Below are positions 1 to 13,220 of a DNA stretch of 64,000 nt, one piece after another (position 1 is the first letter of the stretch; the number at the start of each line of letters is the position of its first letter). Both the position numbers and the translations under genes were made by a program. The notes beneath the pieces were generated by a model. That model was not told the origin of the DNA and did not search any database. It saw only the letters and a program-made list of their open reading frames with translations. The stretch spans positions 1,073,806 to 1,137,805 of the forward strand of contig NW_005434666.1 of NCBI RefSeq assembly GCF_000315625.1, read 5' to 3'. The DNA comes from Guillardia theta CCMP2712 (lineage: Eukaryota > Protista > Cryptophyta).

Positions 1-771
1 CTGCCAAGGCATCAGGGCCCGCGCAGCTCAGGTGTCACTCTCACTCATCAAGGGAGTCTGCCCTCCTTCGAAGCCCAGGAGCCCATGGTTGCCAGCGCGT
101 GCGCGCTACGAGTTTACATCGTCTCAGACAGCACAAGAGAGGAACATGTCGGCTCCAACCTGTCCCTTGTGGCCCCTGCCCGAAGTCTTTCCAAGGCCGC
201 TTCCCGTTCCCCTGAGTGCGGCCGTGAGCTTCAGCATGTCACGGCATGTCTGACCTTCCCAGACGCTTCTTGCTGGGGCGAGCACCGGGGTTGTCGCGGA
301 GGTCAGAAAGAGTGACCTAGTCAAGATTGTGATCGCGCTGACCGCACACGGAGACCCAACCTGCGAGCTGAACGATCGCTCCTGCACGTTCTTCAACAGA
401 TTCCGATCCATGAGTTGCGAAGCAGCAAGGGGGAGCGAAGGGAAACTTGCACGACCTGGAGTGTCAAGACAGGGTTCGTATGAGATCGCAACGTCAAAGT
501 GATTGAGAGGTCAAAATGTACCAGAAGTCAGCGACCTGCAAAGGCACCACGGAATTACAAGAAGTTTTGTCAAGATGTTACAGTCAACAACCTGACGATG
601 TTGACGTTGTTGTTGATCGCCGATCTCTCCCACTTCATGAAACCTACCCAGAGCTCGAATCAGGCGATACGAGAAAACGAGAAATTTCAAGGAAGCATGG
701 GGGCTGCTTTCATAGGAACAGGCAAAGTGCGTACCGAATGTAGGACCAGCAACAGATCGCAGACATAACAT
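1..771 (-). CDS. Bacterial-type (probably mitochondrial) ribosomal protein uL15, multi-exon, 3' end outside window
   Basis: Manual splicing gives VTLSDLRDNPGARPSKKRLGR|GTGSGLGKTSGRGHKGQ|RARAGNHGLLGFEGGQTPLMR, the classic L15 N-terminal motifs. The start at 771 (MLCLRSVA..., transit-peptide-like) is tentative. Confidence 0.88.
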
Positions 772-1103
772 CTTGGATGATCTTATGTCAAAGTGTCAGA
801 GAAAAGAATACATATTACATGCACAGCTCCCATTAACAGAAGCCTTCCTGGCTGATCCACCTAGGTTTCCCCCACTGCTTATCCCCATGAACATGTCTTT
901 TCAAGGATAAACAATGTTGTAGATGCTGCTAGTACTCCCTTGATGTTGTTTCCTGCTTTTCTCCACTCTCCTCTACCTCTCCACTCATTCCCCCTCTCCC
1001 CCCTTCACGGTTCTTCGAATATCTCAGATAGTTCACAACTTCGAGGCTTGCAATGACAGCATTGTACACCTCTCTGTCCTCCTCATCCTAGTCCTTCTGC
1101 TGA

Positions 1104-1421
<318 letters not shown>

Positions 1422-2210
1422 TGACAAGCGCCTGCATGCTTCTAGATCACTCAACTCTTCCTCAGTATCTGTTGGAACCGTTACAACAGAGGCTAGACGT
1501 TACAAAAAGGAAAACGGTTACTCGGGTCGCAACGGACCGTTTCATCTCGTCCGAGATTACCCCTTCATTCGACTTGTGTTTTCGGGGTGGTTGGAAAAGT
1601 ACCGGTAATAAAGGGGTGGGGGTCATTGAAATGAATCTTTTCTTAGAGATCGGTAGGGGTAATCAAAGGGGAAAGGTAGGGTTCAGAGAAGACTGGTAGG
1701 GTCCTATGGCCGAAGGTAGGGTTTGTGCCGAGGGGTGTGAATACGGGGGGGTGGTAGAGCTGACGCGGCTCATGGTGACGTGAGGAAAGGAAAGGAAAGG
1801 AAGCGCAAGAGAAGAGATGAGGGAATGAGGAGAAGAGAACAAACAAGAAGATTCAATGGCGAGAACAAGCTTCAATGAGAAGGAGAGAAGGACAGGGTAG
1901 ACACGAACAGCTGAGGAGGACGGGGGGAAGGAAGGAAGGCGATAGATAAACCAGAGAGATAAGCAAAGTAACGAGAAAAGCATACAAGGAGAGAGCTGAG
2001 GTGAGAATGATACCAAATAAGCTATCATATGGGGATGAAATAGGATGGGGAAGGGGAAGAAGGGAGAGAAAGGTGGTTATGCAGCACAGGAAGGGATTTT
2101 TCGAAGTAGGAACACGAAATGTAGCGGCGAGCTGAAGATGCTTCTTGAGCCTCCTACATTTATCCCAGCAATAGGATCAGACGGATCTGAATTGAATATG
2201 ATGCATGGAC

Positions 2211-2250
2211 GAGACAATGCTTCAACTGATGAGACAATGCTTCAACTGAT
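2211..2250. repeat. 20-bp direct tandem duplication GAGACAATGCTTCAACTGAT x2
   Basis: Two exact adjacent copies upstream of the GT1 gene. Confidence 0.9.
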
Positions 2251-2324
2251 GTTCGCGTCCAGGTCTTGGATCCTGGCTATTGCAAGGAGGGTACTTGCTG
2301 CCAACGAGAGTGCATGAGATTGTG

Positions 2325-4905
2325 ATGTCCAAGACCAACGGCAGCAAGGATGATTTCAATGACATGGATGACAATGAACCAGCTCAGCGAGCCATGCAGA
2401 AGGTGATGCTGGTCGGGTTCCTGTAGGCGGGGAGGTCTGAGCAGTCGTGTGGTGTTATCAGGGGCCCAAGAAATTTTTCAAGCTCACCTTTATCATCTAC
2501 GGGGATCGCGATGAAGTAGAGCCGTGAGTCTCCGAGTGCGTGTCAAGGATAGTTGTGACGTTGCTGCAGCATTCTTGGAATCGCTTCGGGGCTGAAGAAA
2601 GCTGGACACGATGTTCTCTTTATCTCTCACCACTCCTACAAGGTCAGCGGCTTTGAGCACTGGGCCTGCCCCGCTGACTTTCCTCTAAGGGACTTGTCGA
2701 GCAATGGGGCCTTCGATTCGGCCCTGGAAATCCTTACAATCCTCAGCAGCAGTATGCGACAGAGTGAGTTGTGCAGAGAGTTTGCAGTAGTGAGAGAGTG
2801 ATTTTCTGTCCAGGTACTCTTCAATGATCATGGCAGGCCAGAGCGGAGATCTGATGTTGTCGAAGATGATACATCTCAACAACAACTTCAAGCTCATAGA
2901 AGAAGCCACGCTCACTTGCATCAAGAGAATGACAGATATCATTCTGTGCAACTCCTTGGCGACAGTGGTTGGGTTGGCTGTGGCCAGGAGGTTGAAATTG
3001 CCCTTCATGGGAGTGTTCACGACTCCAGAGACGCCGACTGAGGCATGGCCGTACATGCCGCACGGGGGAGGGAAGGGAACGTTTGGCTGGTCGAATCTCA
3101 TGACTTATTCTGTGGCTCTGAGAGCTCAGTGGATGGCCCTCCGAAAGACTGTCTGCGAGTGGCACCAGAAGCGCGTTGGAGTGCAGCGAATCGACGATGG
3201 ATGGAGAAACTTGGCGTTCTTGCACCATCAGGACTTTCCCGTCATGCATGGCTTCAGCCCAAAGATCCTCGGCAAGCCTGCAGACTGGGGTCGCTGGATC
3301 CATCCCGTGGGGTTCTGGGTGCCTCCAGTCCTGCCTGGCTGGACCCCCTCTGACGATCTCTCCCGCTTCCTCGCTGCCGGGCCTCCTCCTGTCTTGATTT
3401 CGTTTGGCAGCATGACGTGTGCTGATGAGGAGGGACTGGCTGCAATCGGCCTGGAGGCCGCCAGGCTCGCAGGCATCCGCGTGATTCTTGTTTCAGAGTG
3501 GCCAGGGTTCACAGCGAACCCCCGCAAGGTGCCTCGCCTGCACCAGAAGAAGAGAATATGTGGAGTGGTCACAGGCACAGCCAACGGTGAAGGTGCTCCT
3601 GTCGAGCTGCCAAGCAACGTCCTCATCGTCGACCGATCAGTTCCGATCCAGTATCTCCTGTCCCAGTGCACGCTCGTCGCGCACTCCGGCTGCACGCTGT
3701 GGACCGGCGCTTCCTTGAAGGCTGGGGTGCCTTGCGTCCCATGTCCCTTCGTGGCGGAGCAGAGGTTCTGGAGCGTTCACCTGCAGGAGCTGGGAGTTGC
3801 CTCGAGCTCCTTGCCTGTCGAGAAACTCTCGGGCGATGCGCTGGCGTCAGCCATCACGGCGGCGCTGGCCAACGGCGAACTATCACAAAGAGCCAAAGAA
3901 GTCCAGAAGATGCTCAACAGTGACAACGGAGTCCACCAGGCTGTAGACCTCATCTCGAGGTTCATGCAGAGGCCATGGGACAGGACGGCGATGCAGATCT
4001 TGCCGCGCAGAGAAGTGAGAAGCTCGTTGAAAGCTGCGCGGATCTCACTGTGTTAACAGGGGGACCTTGAGATGCAGGAAGGCAAAGTCTTCAAGACCTG
4101 GACAAGATACAAGTTTGTTCTCAAGGATCACTGCCTCGAATATCACCGCTATCTTCCTACGGGGCTGCATGACCCCCAGGTGACAAGACGTCTTGCCTCC
4201 TGCACTGTCTTGACGACATACGCAGGTGATGGCAACTTTCTTGATCCCGGACGCGGAGATTGTTGAGCATTCAGATGGTGAGGCACTTTGCAATTGATCC
4301 TGACTTACAGCCTCCTGCAGCAAGCGGGCAGCAGCAATTTTGTATAGAGATAAAGGACTCCAAGGGAAAGAGGATGGCTCTCCTTGCCGCTACCAACGCG
4401 AGGGAGCAGGTGACGTGATGGTGATTGCGGTCAATGCCTCACTGTTCGCAGGATTCTTGGATCCAGGCGCTCAAGGACGTATCCGCGTCATGGGAGACCG
4501 GAGCGGTTGACAAGCATCGAACCCTCGAGTGATGTCGCTGACGATGCTCTCAGAATGTCGGGGGCGGCTGGAGCACAAACATCTCCTCGAAACTTCGAGA
4601 CGCTGATTTCGATGACACTGGTCCCCTCCTCCTGTCCCGAGACGTTCCCAGCACTCACCTTGCTGCGCAGGCGCTCTGATTTCCAAGGCAACAAAGGCGC
4701 TGTCGTTGGAGGACACAAACAGAAAGAATTCTAGGCCAGTAAAGTGAAGCAAAACAGTAAAATGAAGCTCATGCTATTGATTTCATTGTGCAAACCCAGG
4801 CCGAGCAAGGAAGGAGGGAGAGGAAGAGATGAAGGCAAGAGAGAGGTGTGAGAGGGGCACAGCTTGCTACATGAAGAAAGGCGTCTATCAACAACGTGTT
4901 TGAAC
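2325..4905 (+). CDS. GT1-family (sterol glucosyltransferase UGT80/ATG26-like) protein with C-terminal PH domain, multi-exon
   Basis: IIYGDRDEVEPILGIASGLKKAGHDV, FSPKILGKPADW, FLAAGPPPVLISFGSM, PFVAEQRFW and DNGVHQAVDLI. Later exons give the PH pattern QGDLEMQEGKVFKTWTRYKFVLKDHCLEY...AATNAREQDSWIQALK. The 3' end is uncertain. Confidence 0.8.
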
Positions 4906-4956
4906 GTACAACTTGAGGTCCAACAAGAACTCTCAAGGAATCTTCTTGATTGTCTG

Positions 4957-6720
4957 TCATGCCTAGTTAAAAGAGGATGAAGAAAACAAGCTGCCAACCT
5001 TATGCCAGCGCTTCATGAACTCCTTCTCCGTCATTGGATCTGTCTTCAGTGCCGGGTCCTGCAGAGGCAACCAGGTTGAGTCAAGTCACTAGCGAGTGCT
5101 CTCTTCACCTTGATCGTCGAGATCCTCCACAAGTTGGGCTGCCACTCTTTGGGCTGCGAGAAAGTTTTCAGCGCAGGAGCTCGGTGCATGCGAGTCTTTC
5201 ACCGCTTCCACTTTGTCTGGTGCATGCAGGCCGAAGAAGTTGTAGAGCAAATCGTCGGGCTTATCTTTGTCGCCGAATTCTATGCGAGGGTTGGTCGAGG
5301 TGCATCGAGGGAGGGGAAGACTGCTCACCTTCTACTAACTTAAACTTTCCTTGCTTTTGCACCTGCTCCTTCCAGATGTTTCTCTTGTGTTCGTACAGGT
5401 CGTCGTTTTCATCCTGAGCGAGATCCTGGCAGGCATGCGATGACTCTTGTGCATTCAGAGCAGGCAGTCAGAGCGGCTCACCTTGGGAGTCTTGCCTGCG
5501 AGGTTCTTCACTCTCCTGTTGATCCTTCCCTTCTTTCTCAGAGCAATGCACACGTCTCGGTGCGCAAACATGGCCGCATAGTGCATCGCGTTCGCTCCAT
5601 ATTGATTCGTTTGATTCACATCGCAGTCTGGAATTTCCATGAGAGCCTCTACAGTTTCAGTGTGTCCATTTCGAGCTGCCAACATGAGCGCCTAATTTTG
5701 AAATCATTAGGATGCATCAGAGTGAAACCGAGCACATCACAGTGAATCCGTCGTCATTGATGCTGTTGATCTCAGCCCCGTCCTCAATCAATTTCTGAGC
5801 GACCGTCTGTATGGTAGTCACAGTGAGTGAGCATCATTGCAGGAGGAGCGGCGAACCTTAGCATCGGGATGCTCCTCCTTCTCCTTCGCCAACTCACTCT
5901 CGAGGGCTGCCAACTCTTTGATGGTTTTCACGTACTCCTCCTTCATCTGAAAGATTTTGTGAAAGAAACCATCTCGTATTCTCTCCTTTTCTGTTCTGTC
6001 CTTCACTGTGCCTGCTATCGTGTAAAGAAGAGAAGGCTTCAGAGCAATGTGGATTCTGTACCTCCTTTAGTAAGCTCTGCTTGAATCGCTTTCACCTTGG
6101 CTGTACCATGAATCCTACATATGTCATCTTTGCACTGTTTCAGATTTCGCAGTGAAATCTCGATAATGTTGCTGGTTTCCTTTTGTCCGTTACTGTTCTT
6201 ATATACAAGATCCCCAGGTATTTTTGCCTGAGACAACATCACGGAAAGGTCACACTGCATGATCATTCAAGCTCACTAGTAGCTGATCTGTTATGCTCTG
6301 CTTCTGAGCTCGTTTCCTTCTAATCTGATCACTCAGCGTCTTAAACTTGCCAGCAAACGAGATTGGCAGGTGAAGTGTTCCTAGAAAAGCCCCCTGTATT
6401 TATTTGATTGAGATCAGCGGCAAGAGAAGGAGGGACAACCCATGTCTGACCTCTCGCAGCTGTTTGTTCTTCAGCTCGAACTCTTTTCGCAATGCCGTGG
6501 GCTTCATCTTGTTTGTCTGCTGCTCGTCGTCTCTTTCATCGAAGGGAAAGAAAGGGTCCGGAGGTTGGATGTATGGCATCAGAATGCCTCCGAGAGCGCC
6601 CAGGACCACATCCTAATTGATTGATCAGTCGCAGCCCATCACAGTCAACGTAGAGACCTCTGCTGACTTGGCGACTGAGCTCAAGGTGAAGTTTGTTTGG
6701 TGGATCGCGTTGTCTACCAT
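4957..6720 (-). CDS. Ankyrin-repeat and coiled-coil protein, multi-exon
   Basis: ALMLAARNGHTETVEALMEIPDCDVNQTNQYGANAMHYAAMFAHRDVCIAL ankyrin repeats, with upstream coiled-coil exons. Confidence 0.75.
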
Positions 6721-8002
6721 CCTTCTTACACTTAGTCGCCGAACTGACAAAGAAGTTTCAGTGAAAGCGTCAGGAGGCGCGACGGTGTGTCAATAGCTGT
6801 TTTGATGGACATATCAACAGATGTGTAACTAGACGCATCAATAGATTTAGATGTCAATCAACGTGTCAATCGACATCTCATTCACTGCATCAATGGATGT
6901 GACAAGCTAAGACGGTTTCGCCAGGTGTCTTTTCATTCGTCTCCTGATGAAGCTTGAGTCGAACACAGATGAGAGACTGACCGTCACCGTTGCTATCTAT
7001 CTCATGTGGATATTTCAAGAATCAATCACATTTCACCCCAACATCGAGATCTCAAAAATGGAATGATGCTGATCTTTCGCGAGAAGCCTTTTCTACTGAG
7101 TCGGCAGTAAGTGGACACATCATTGCAAGTAACATCTCTTGTCTTTTCTCGTTCTCATCATCTTCTCGTCCTCTCTTACTCCTTCCCTCCCTCTCCTTCT
7201 CCCTCCTTCCTTGCAGCATTTGCTCTACGCCCTACCCCCCTCTTGTGAACAGCCGCCATGTGCATTCCAGTTGCCATTTTGTACTCACCCTACCACCCCC
7301 CCCTTTGACCTGCGAACATTTGCGAACCCTTTTGACAGTCTGGAACCACCCCTTATCATCCGCTCCAACATCCCCTCTACCCCACCCCCCCAACAACAAG
7401 TCCTGGAGGGTCCGGACCTACCCTGACCGGGCATCCGACGGATACAGTGCGGTAGGTCATGATCCCCAAATGTAACGCTTTGTAACGACCTGGATCAGTA
7501 GAGGGGGGGATGTGGGCATCAGGCGCTAGAAAAGGAACGATGAGAGGGATTAGAAACTGGAGCGGGAGGAATGGCAGCCAAAGTAGTTGAGAGGAGATGT
7601 CAGAGGAGATAGAAACATGCAGAGAGATGCGCTGTAGAATCGAAGTCGGTTCATTCTTTGGTTGATCGAGATCTCCACGTGGGGCAAGAGGAAAGCATCC
7701 AAGTTTGTTTCTGATCACAACGTTTGCTGCAGGCAAGATTATTGGCCGATCATACGGTACAGAAGATGAAGCAAATGATGTCTGCTGTTACTGCTGCTGA
7801 AAAGGTCTGTGATGCATTCTGTTGGAGATTCAAGTGCTTGACAGAATCCAGGGCGCGAAAGAGGGGATGCGGATTGTGATAGGCAAAGATGACGAGGAGG
7901 ATGGGAGTGAGAACTCACCGAAGCTTGTTGTCAGACCCTACACGAGCGAGCTTCATAGTTCAACGGGTAGGAGACTTATTGACACTGATTCATGTTGTAA
8001 CG

Positions 8003-10790
8003 ATGTTCGAAGTTCTCATGGCTGGGGAACTGAAGAAGAGGGATGGTGTAATGAGGAAGAAATGGATCGATGTCTACGTGGAATTGAGAGAAAACAGTCT
8101 TACCTGCTTTCACTCCAAGGAGGACAGACAGATCCTAGACACTGTCATGGGTGAGTTCATATTTTAGATCACGACCGATGCGGCACTGATGACGTCTTGC
8201 AGTTGATGGTGTAGAGGCCTCGGCCGTGGATAAGAACGAAGTTTTTGCCATCAGTATCAAGAAAGCCAGCAGCAAAGGACCATCCATCTTGTCCAAGGAT
8301 CTCCTCATAGGAAGTGAGAAAAGTGCAGAGCGCGATAGATGGTTGGAGATGATTGAGGCTTGCTGCCAGAAGGCTCGGTAGGTCGATAACGCGATTTGTT
8401 GTATAGCTGATGTCAAAGTGTTGCAGGACTCACGCAGAAGCAAGAAGGTATTGATCAACTTTTCGACGTTTGAGGAATATTGCAGCGTATCTCATTGACG
8501 GTTGTGTCGTAGATTGGTACAAGAAGAAGCTGCTGCAAAAGGTAGAGCCGAGGCAGATGAATTGCGAAAAGTCCTAGAGGAGTGCGCGGCTCAACGAAAT
8601 CAGGAGGCTTTAGCATCAACTTCAGAACCAAGAACTAGCGGAGGGATGGCAGAAAGCTCGAAGAATACACTTTCATCTCGATTCATGTCTTCGCTCCAGG
8701 CGTTACCCTCAAGCCTTCAAAAGTCGGGCAGTCTAGAGAAAAAGTCAGAAGTAGAGGAGATGGGATTGGATAGTGAGAACAGCTGGAACAGCATGCTCAC
8801 CGAGGCGAATCGTCAACTGCGAGAACTTCAAGACGAGCTTATGAAAGAGAAAGCGAAGACCAAAGCTTTGGAAGGTGACTATTTGAACTTTTTCCCTGTC
8901 TCAGTCACATTCACCCATTGATTGCAGAAACGTTGGAGCAAGTATTGGATAACGACAATGCTACAAATGATTCACAGCAAGGTATTGTTATCCTCTGAAG
9001 TTATCTTTCGAATTGAAATATCTTCCATTGCTTGTTTAGATGAAACTGCAATTAGCAAACGAGAGCTACTAGTACAAGGTGTACCTTCACATTATGTATT
9101 TCAAACTTTTGACCAGATCACCAGGCCTTCAACAACAAAATATCGAGAACAACAACCTAAGGCTTCAAAATGATTCCTTAACAGCAAAAATCTCAGAACT
9201 CCAGAAGATGTGGGAGAGCGAAAAGAACAAAGCAAAATCCTCTGAAGATGAAAATATAAGGATTGATAAAGAATTACAAGATCTGAAAGAGAAGCTGAAC
9301 GAGAAGACTATTGAGACGGAATCTTTAAAAAGTCTCCAAGACAAACTCATTAATATCGAAAAGCAGAAGGATAGCGGGCTGGCGGCCGAGCAGGGTAAGC
9401 AGATGCAGGAGCTAAGCCAGGCGATCGAGGAGGAGAAGCGACGGCGCGCAGAGGAGGAAGGCAAGGCGCGGGAGCTGGAGGGGAAGGTACGGGAGCTGGA
9501 GGGGAAGCTGGAGGCGAAGGAGAAGGAGAGCGGGCTGGCGGCCGAGCAGGGCAAGCAGATGCAGGAGCTAAGCCAGGCGATCGAGGAGGAGAAGCGAAGG
9601 CGCACAGAGGAGGAAGGCAAGGCACGGGAGCTGGAGGGGAAGGTACGGGAGCTGGAGGGGAAGCTGGAGGCGAAGGAGAAGGAGAGCGGGCTGGCGGCCG
9701 AGCAGGGCAAGCAGATGCAGGAGCTAAGCCAGGCGATCGAGGAGGAGAAGCGACGGCGCGCAGAGGAGGAAGGCAAGGCGCGGGAGCTGGAGGGGAAGGT
9801 ACGGGAGCTGGAGGGGAAGCTGGAGGCGAAGGAGAAGGAGAGCGGGCTGGCGGCCGAGCAGGGCAAGCAGATGCAGGAGCTAAGCCAGGCGATCGAGGAG
9901 GAGAAGCGACGGCGCGCAGAGGAGGAAGGCAAGGCACGGGAGCTGGAGGGGAAGGTACGGGAGCTGGAGGACAAAGAGGCTTTATCTTCTGAGAAATGTC
10001 GAGCGCTGAGCTCGACGATTTCTGAGCTGAGCAACAAGTTGGTCGAAACTCAAGCAAACAAATCGAGCGCTGTGAATCTTGAGATGGAGCAGATTAGCAG
10101 GTGTGAGATGATTGTGCATGATATGGACTCAGAGCTACAGGTGAATGATCTGTCTGTTCTTGTCTTCATTCATCTCTTTTATCCAACAGAACAATGTCGC
10201 CAAGGCAGAGGAGCTTGTAATTGAGCTAGAAACTTCTCGGAGGTTCTTTTTCTTTTGGTTTGGAAAGGTTTGATAGGTTTGAAGGAGAGTTGCCGACCTC
10301 GAGGAGACATGTAAGCGATTGGAAGAGCAATGCAAGAACAGAATCAACGCGAGTGAACATGTACATCAAGAGCTTCATTGCACATCATAGCTTGAGGTGT
10401 CTGATCAGCTCTTACAGGATGAGGACTTGAGAGCGAAGTTAGATGCAGCAGAGGGCAGGTAAGGCTGGACATGTAGCAACCCTTGAAAGTGATGTTCCTT
10501 TCATAGGGCGAGGGCATTAGAGAACGAGCTGGAAGCCGTCAAAGGCATCGCAAAGTCTCTTCGGGAGCAGCTCAAGCGACATCAGGCGGAGGAAACGAGC
10601 AAGGCTGAAGATGTAAGATGGAGCTCTTGAGATTGCTACCTTGTTGACGTAGCTGCTTCAGTTGAAGATGGCAGATACTGAAGCGATGCGAATCGCTCAG
10701 GTCATCCCGCTATCTCTCCCTCCAACACTGCTTGTTGATCTCTCTTGTCAGGTTGCGGCTCTCATGGCGAAGGAAGGATGGGAAACGTGA
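8003..10790 (+). CDS. N-terminal PH domain plus long coiled-coil protein with a 52-aa tandem repeat, multi-exon
   Basis: LMAGELKKRDGVMRKKWIDVYVELRENSLTCF...SAERDRWLEMIEAC (PH pattern), followed by heptad-rich E/K/Q exons. Confidence 0.78.
9373..9970 (+). repeat. Coding tandem repeat, 156 bp (52 aa) x ~3.8
   Basis: AGCGGGCTGGCGGCCGAGCAG unit starts at 9373, 9529, 9685 and 9841, and the copies are nearly identical. Confidence 0.95.
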
Positions 10791-11999
10791 CTTGGTCTCG
10801 TCATCAAGAGTAGATTTCTCATGTATTCTCAAGATTTTGATCCACACCCTCCCCCTTTTCTAGTTCTTGAAGATTATTTTCTAATTCTTGAGGATTGACA
10901 TGCACGAGTTGCATCATGTCGTTTCTAACATCAAAGAAGATTTCACCTGAATGGTCAAAATTAAACACGAAGAACGTATGAAACACCGTTCATACTGTTT
11001 TCTCCATCGAACAAAACAGCCCAACCATTTCCGACTTGTCTCTTTAGAGTCCCCGTCACCTGTCATTCTATTAAATGAGACATACCAAAACGCAATGCTC
11101 ACCTTCGACAAGGTAGGATAATGACAAACCCAGGCCTGATCGCATGTACTAAGGCAAGCTGCTTGTGGAAACACTTCAATACCTGTGCGATCCGAACTCG
11201 AGAGCCTTTGGCTGCCTTGAGGTCAACAAAGCTTTCCAACTCTACAACACCAAGAGCTGGGGATGAGTAAGGAATGCAACCTGAATAAACATCACTGAGA
11301 GAAACACCTTGAGCCTACACGTACCTTGCGACCAAACGTTGGTTGGCGAGTTGAGATTCGATATCCTCGGCATAGAAGCTTCTGCAATGAAGATGTCACT
11401 CATACATTTCTTTCTTTCCTCCTACTCCCTCCTACTCCCTCCTCCCTTTCTCCCTCCTCCCTTTCTCCCCCGACCACGACTGTAGCATTGCACATTCACA
11501 ACGGCCCAGTAGTGTTTGCAAGTTTGGGTATTTTCCGTGTCTGAAAGTTTTCAATAAAATCGACCCCATTGAAAGTTTCAAAGTTTTGCAAGGCCATAAC
11601 GGTTGTAGGCCCCCGCCAACATGCGGGATCTTTGTTGGAAGGCGAGAAGCGAGGAGGGGAGGGGAGAGGAGAGGAGATGAGAGGAGATGAGAGGAGAGGA
11701 GGGGAGAGAAGGGGAGGGTAGAGGAGGGGAGGAGAGACAGGACAGTACTTGAGATAGTAAAGTCCTTGAGAGGAAGAAACAAAATTCAGAGGGTCAGCAG
11801 AATGTTTTGTGAGATTCGTTTGGAATGGCTTCTATCATTCGATCGCGCTCAATGATTGCTTACATTGACAATCATGCACAGAAGCACAACACAACACTCT
11901 GCATGGAACATCAGTGAGCTGATTGAAGGGTCACGTCGTGCATTGGATCGCAAGTGAGGTTTTCTCTTCGCTCTCCTCCCTCCTTGACGTCTCTCAGAC

Positions 12000-12990
12000 A
12001 TGTCCAACAAGTGGGCTGATCCTTGGGACCCAAGGGGAAGGTGAGGGTGCATGGAGGACGTTCGAGGTGACACTGCTGGCTAGGCCGAGATGCAGCATGA
12101 TGCAGTTCAGAGGGTCTCCATGGAAGGTGCCGAAGGCGGTAGACTCTCTTGGAAAGATGCAGCCCAAGGTGAGATGAGAGAGTTGATCATTGACTCTTGG
12201 ATTGGTTGATCTACTTGTTACTTGTCTCAACACTTGGATTGATTGATCTACTTGTTACTTGTCTCAACACTTGGATTGGTTGATCTACTTGTTACTTGTC
12301 TCAACACTTGGATTGATTGATCTACTTGTTACTTGTCTCAACACTTGGATTGGTCTGCAGGAAGGGCCGAAGGACTACTTGGAAGTGTTCAAGAGGACGC
12401 GCGGGTCCAAGGTGGATAAGGCGCTAGTGCCTAAGACAGAGGGACTGGTGGGCACAAACTTCATCCAGTGCGAGCAGAACCCTGGGGTTGCGCTGGTAGG
12501 AGGAGGAGAGGAGAGGGGGGGGTGGTAGGGGGGGGTTGCAAGAAGAGCTGAAGGAGGATTACAGGACCAGTCGAACCACAAGTACCGGCTGCTGCAGTTT
12601 GAGGCTGGAGTGGCTAAGCCCAAGGGTTGCTTCCACACGGAGGAGGAGGGGATCACCGGGTACTCGGCGCTCATCGATCAAGCTGCGAGGGTCTGAGCAT
12701 GTTGCCTGGCCATCGGTCGCTCACGTCGCTGCTTGCAGGGCCCCCATGGCGTCGCTGGAGTCCCTCGCTCGCTCGGCAACCAGGGCCCCCCGGGAGTGGC
12801 TCTGCTTCCCAAGCTGCACTGGCAGCAGAACAAGGTGATGGAAGGCGAGGAGGCGCGTGGGCCTGACAGCAGGGCAGGGGAGGAAGCTTCATCCTCGTAA
12901 GAGCCTGCTTGTCAATCAAGGGCTGTGGGACGGGTCAGCACCGGATCACAACAAGGCGGACTATCGGCCAGACATCATGCGAGCGTAGAG
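12000..12990 (+). CDS. Hypothetical protein, multi-exon
   Basis: GT-AG splicing joins MSNKWADPWDPRGR|PRCSMMQFRGSPWKVPKAVDSLGKMQPK|EGPKDYLEVFKRTRGSK in frame. No family recognised and the 3' end is uncertain. Confidence 0.5.
12197..12354. repeat. Intronic minisatellite, 37-bp unit x ~4.3
   Basis: TTGGATTG(G/A)TTGATCTACTTGTTACTTGTCTCAACAC at 12197, 12234, 12271, 12308 and partially at 12345. Confidence 0.95.
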
Positions 12991-13220
12991 ATGTCATGGG
13001 CAAGCGAAATCGCTGGTGTGTACAGTCAAGGTCCATGGCGACAACCATCATGCATAGCGAATGTTCATTATGATAATCTATACGCATATCTCACTCTCCT
13101 GATGCAAAACTTGCAAGTTTGCGATACAAAATTTGAGCCCTCAAGGAGTAAACAACTTGTAAAAGAATATTTCCCTCGCTCCCGACATGTTGCACATCCT
13201 CCTCCCGTTTTCCTTTCCCT

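Noticed and set aside
12197-12354. 37-bp repeats resembling a CRISPR array
   Set aside because: The units are contiguous with no unique spacers, lie in a eukaryotic intron, and there are no cas genes.
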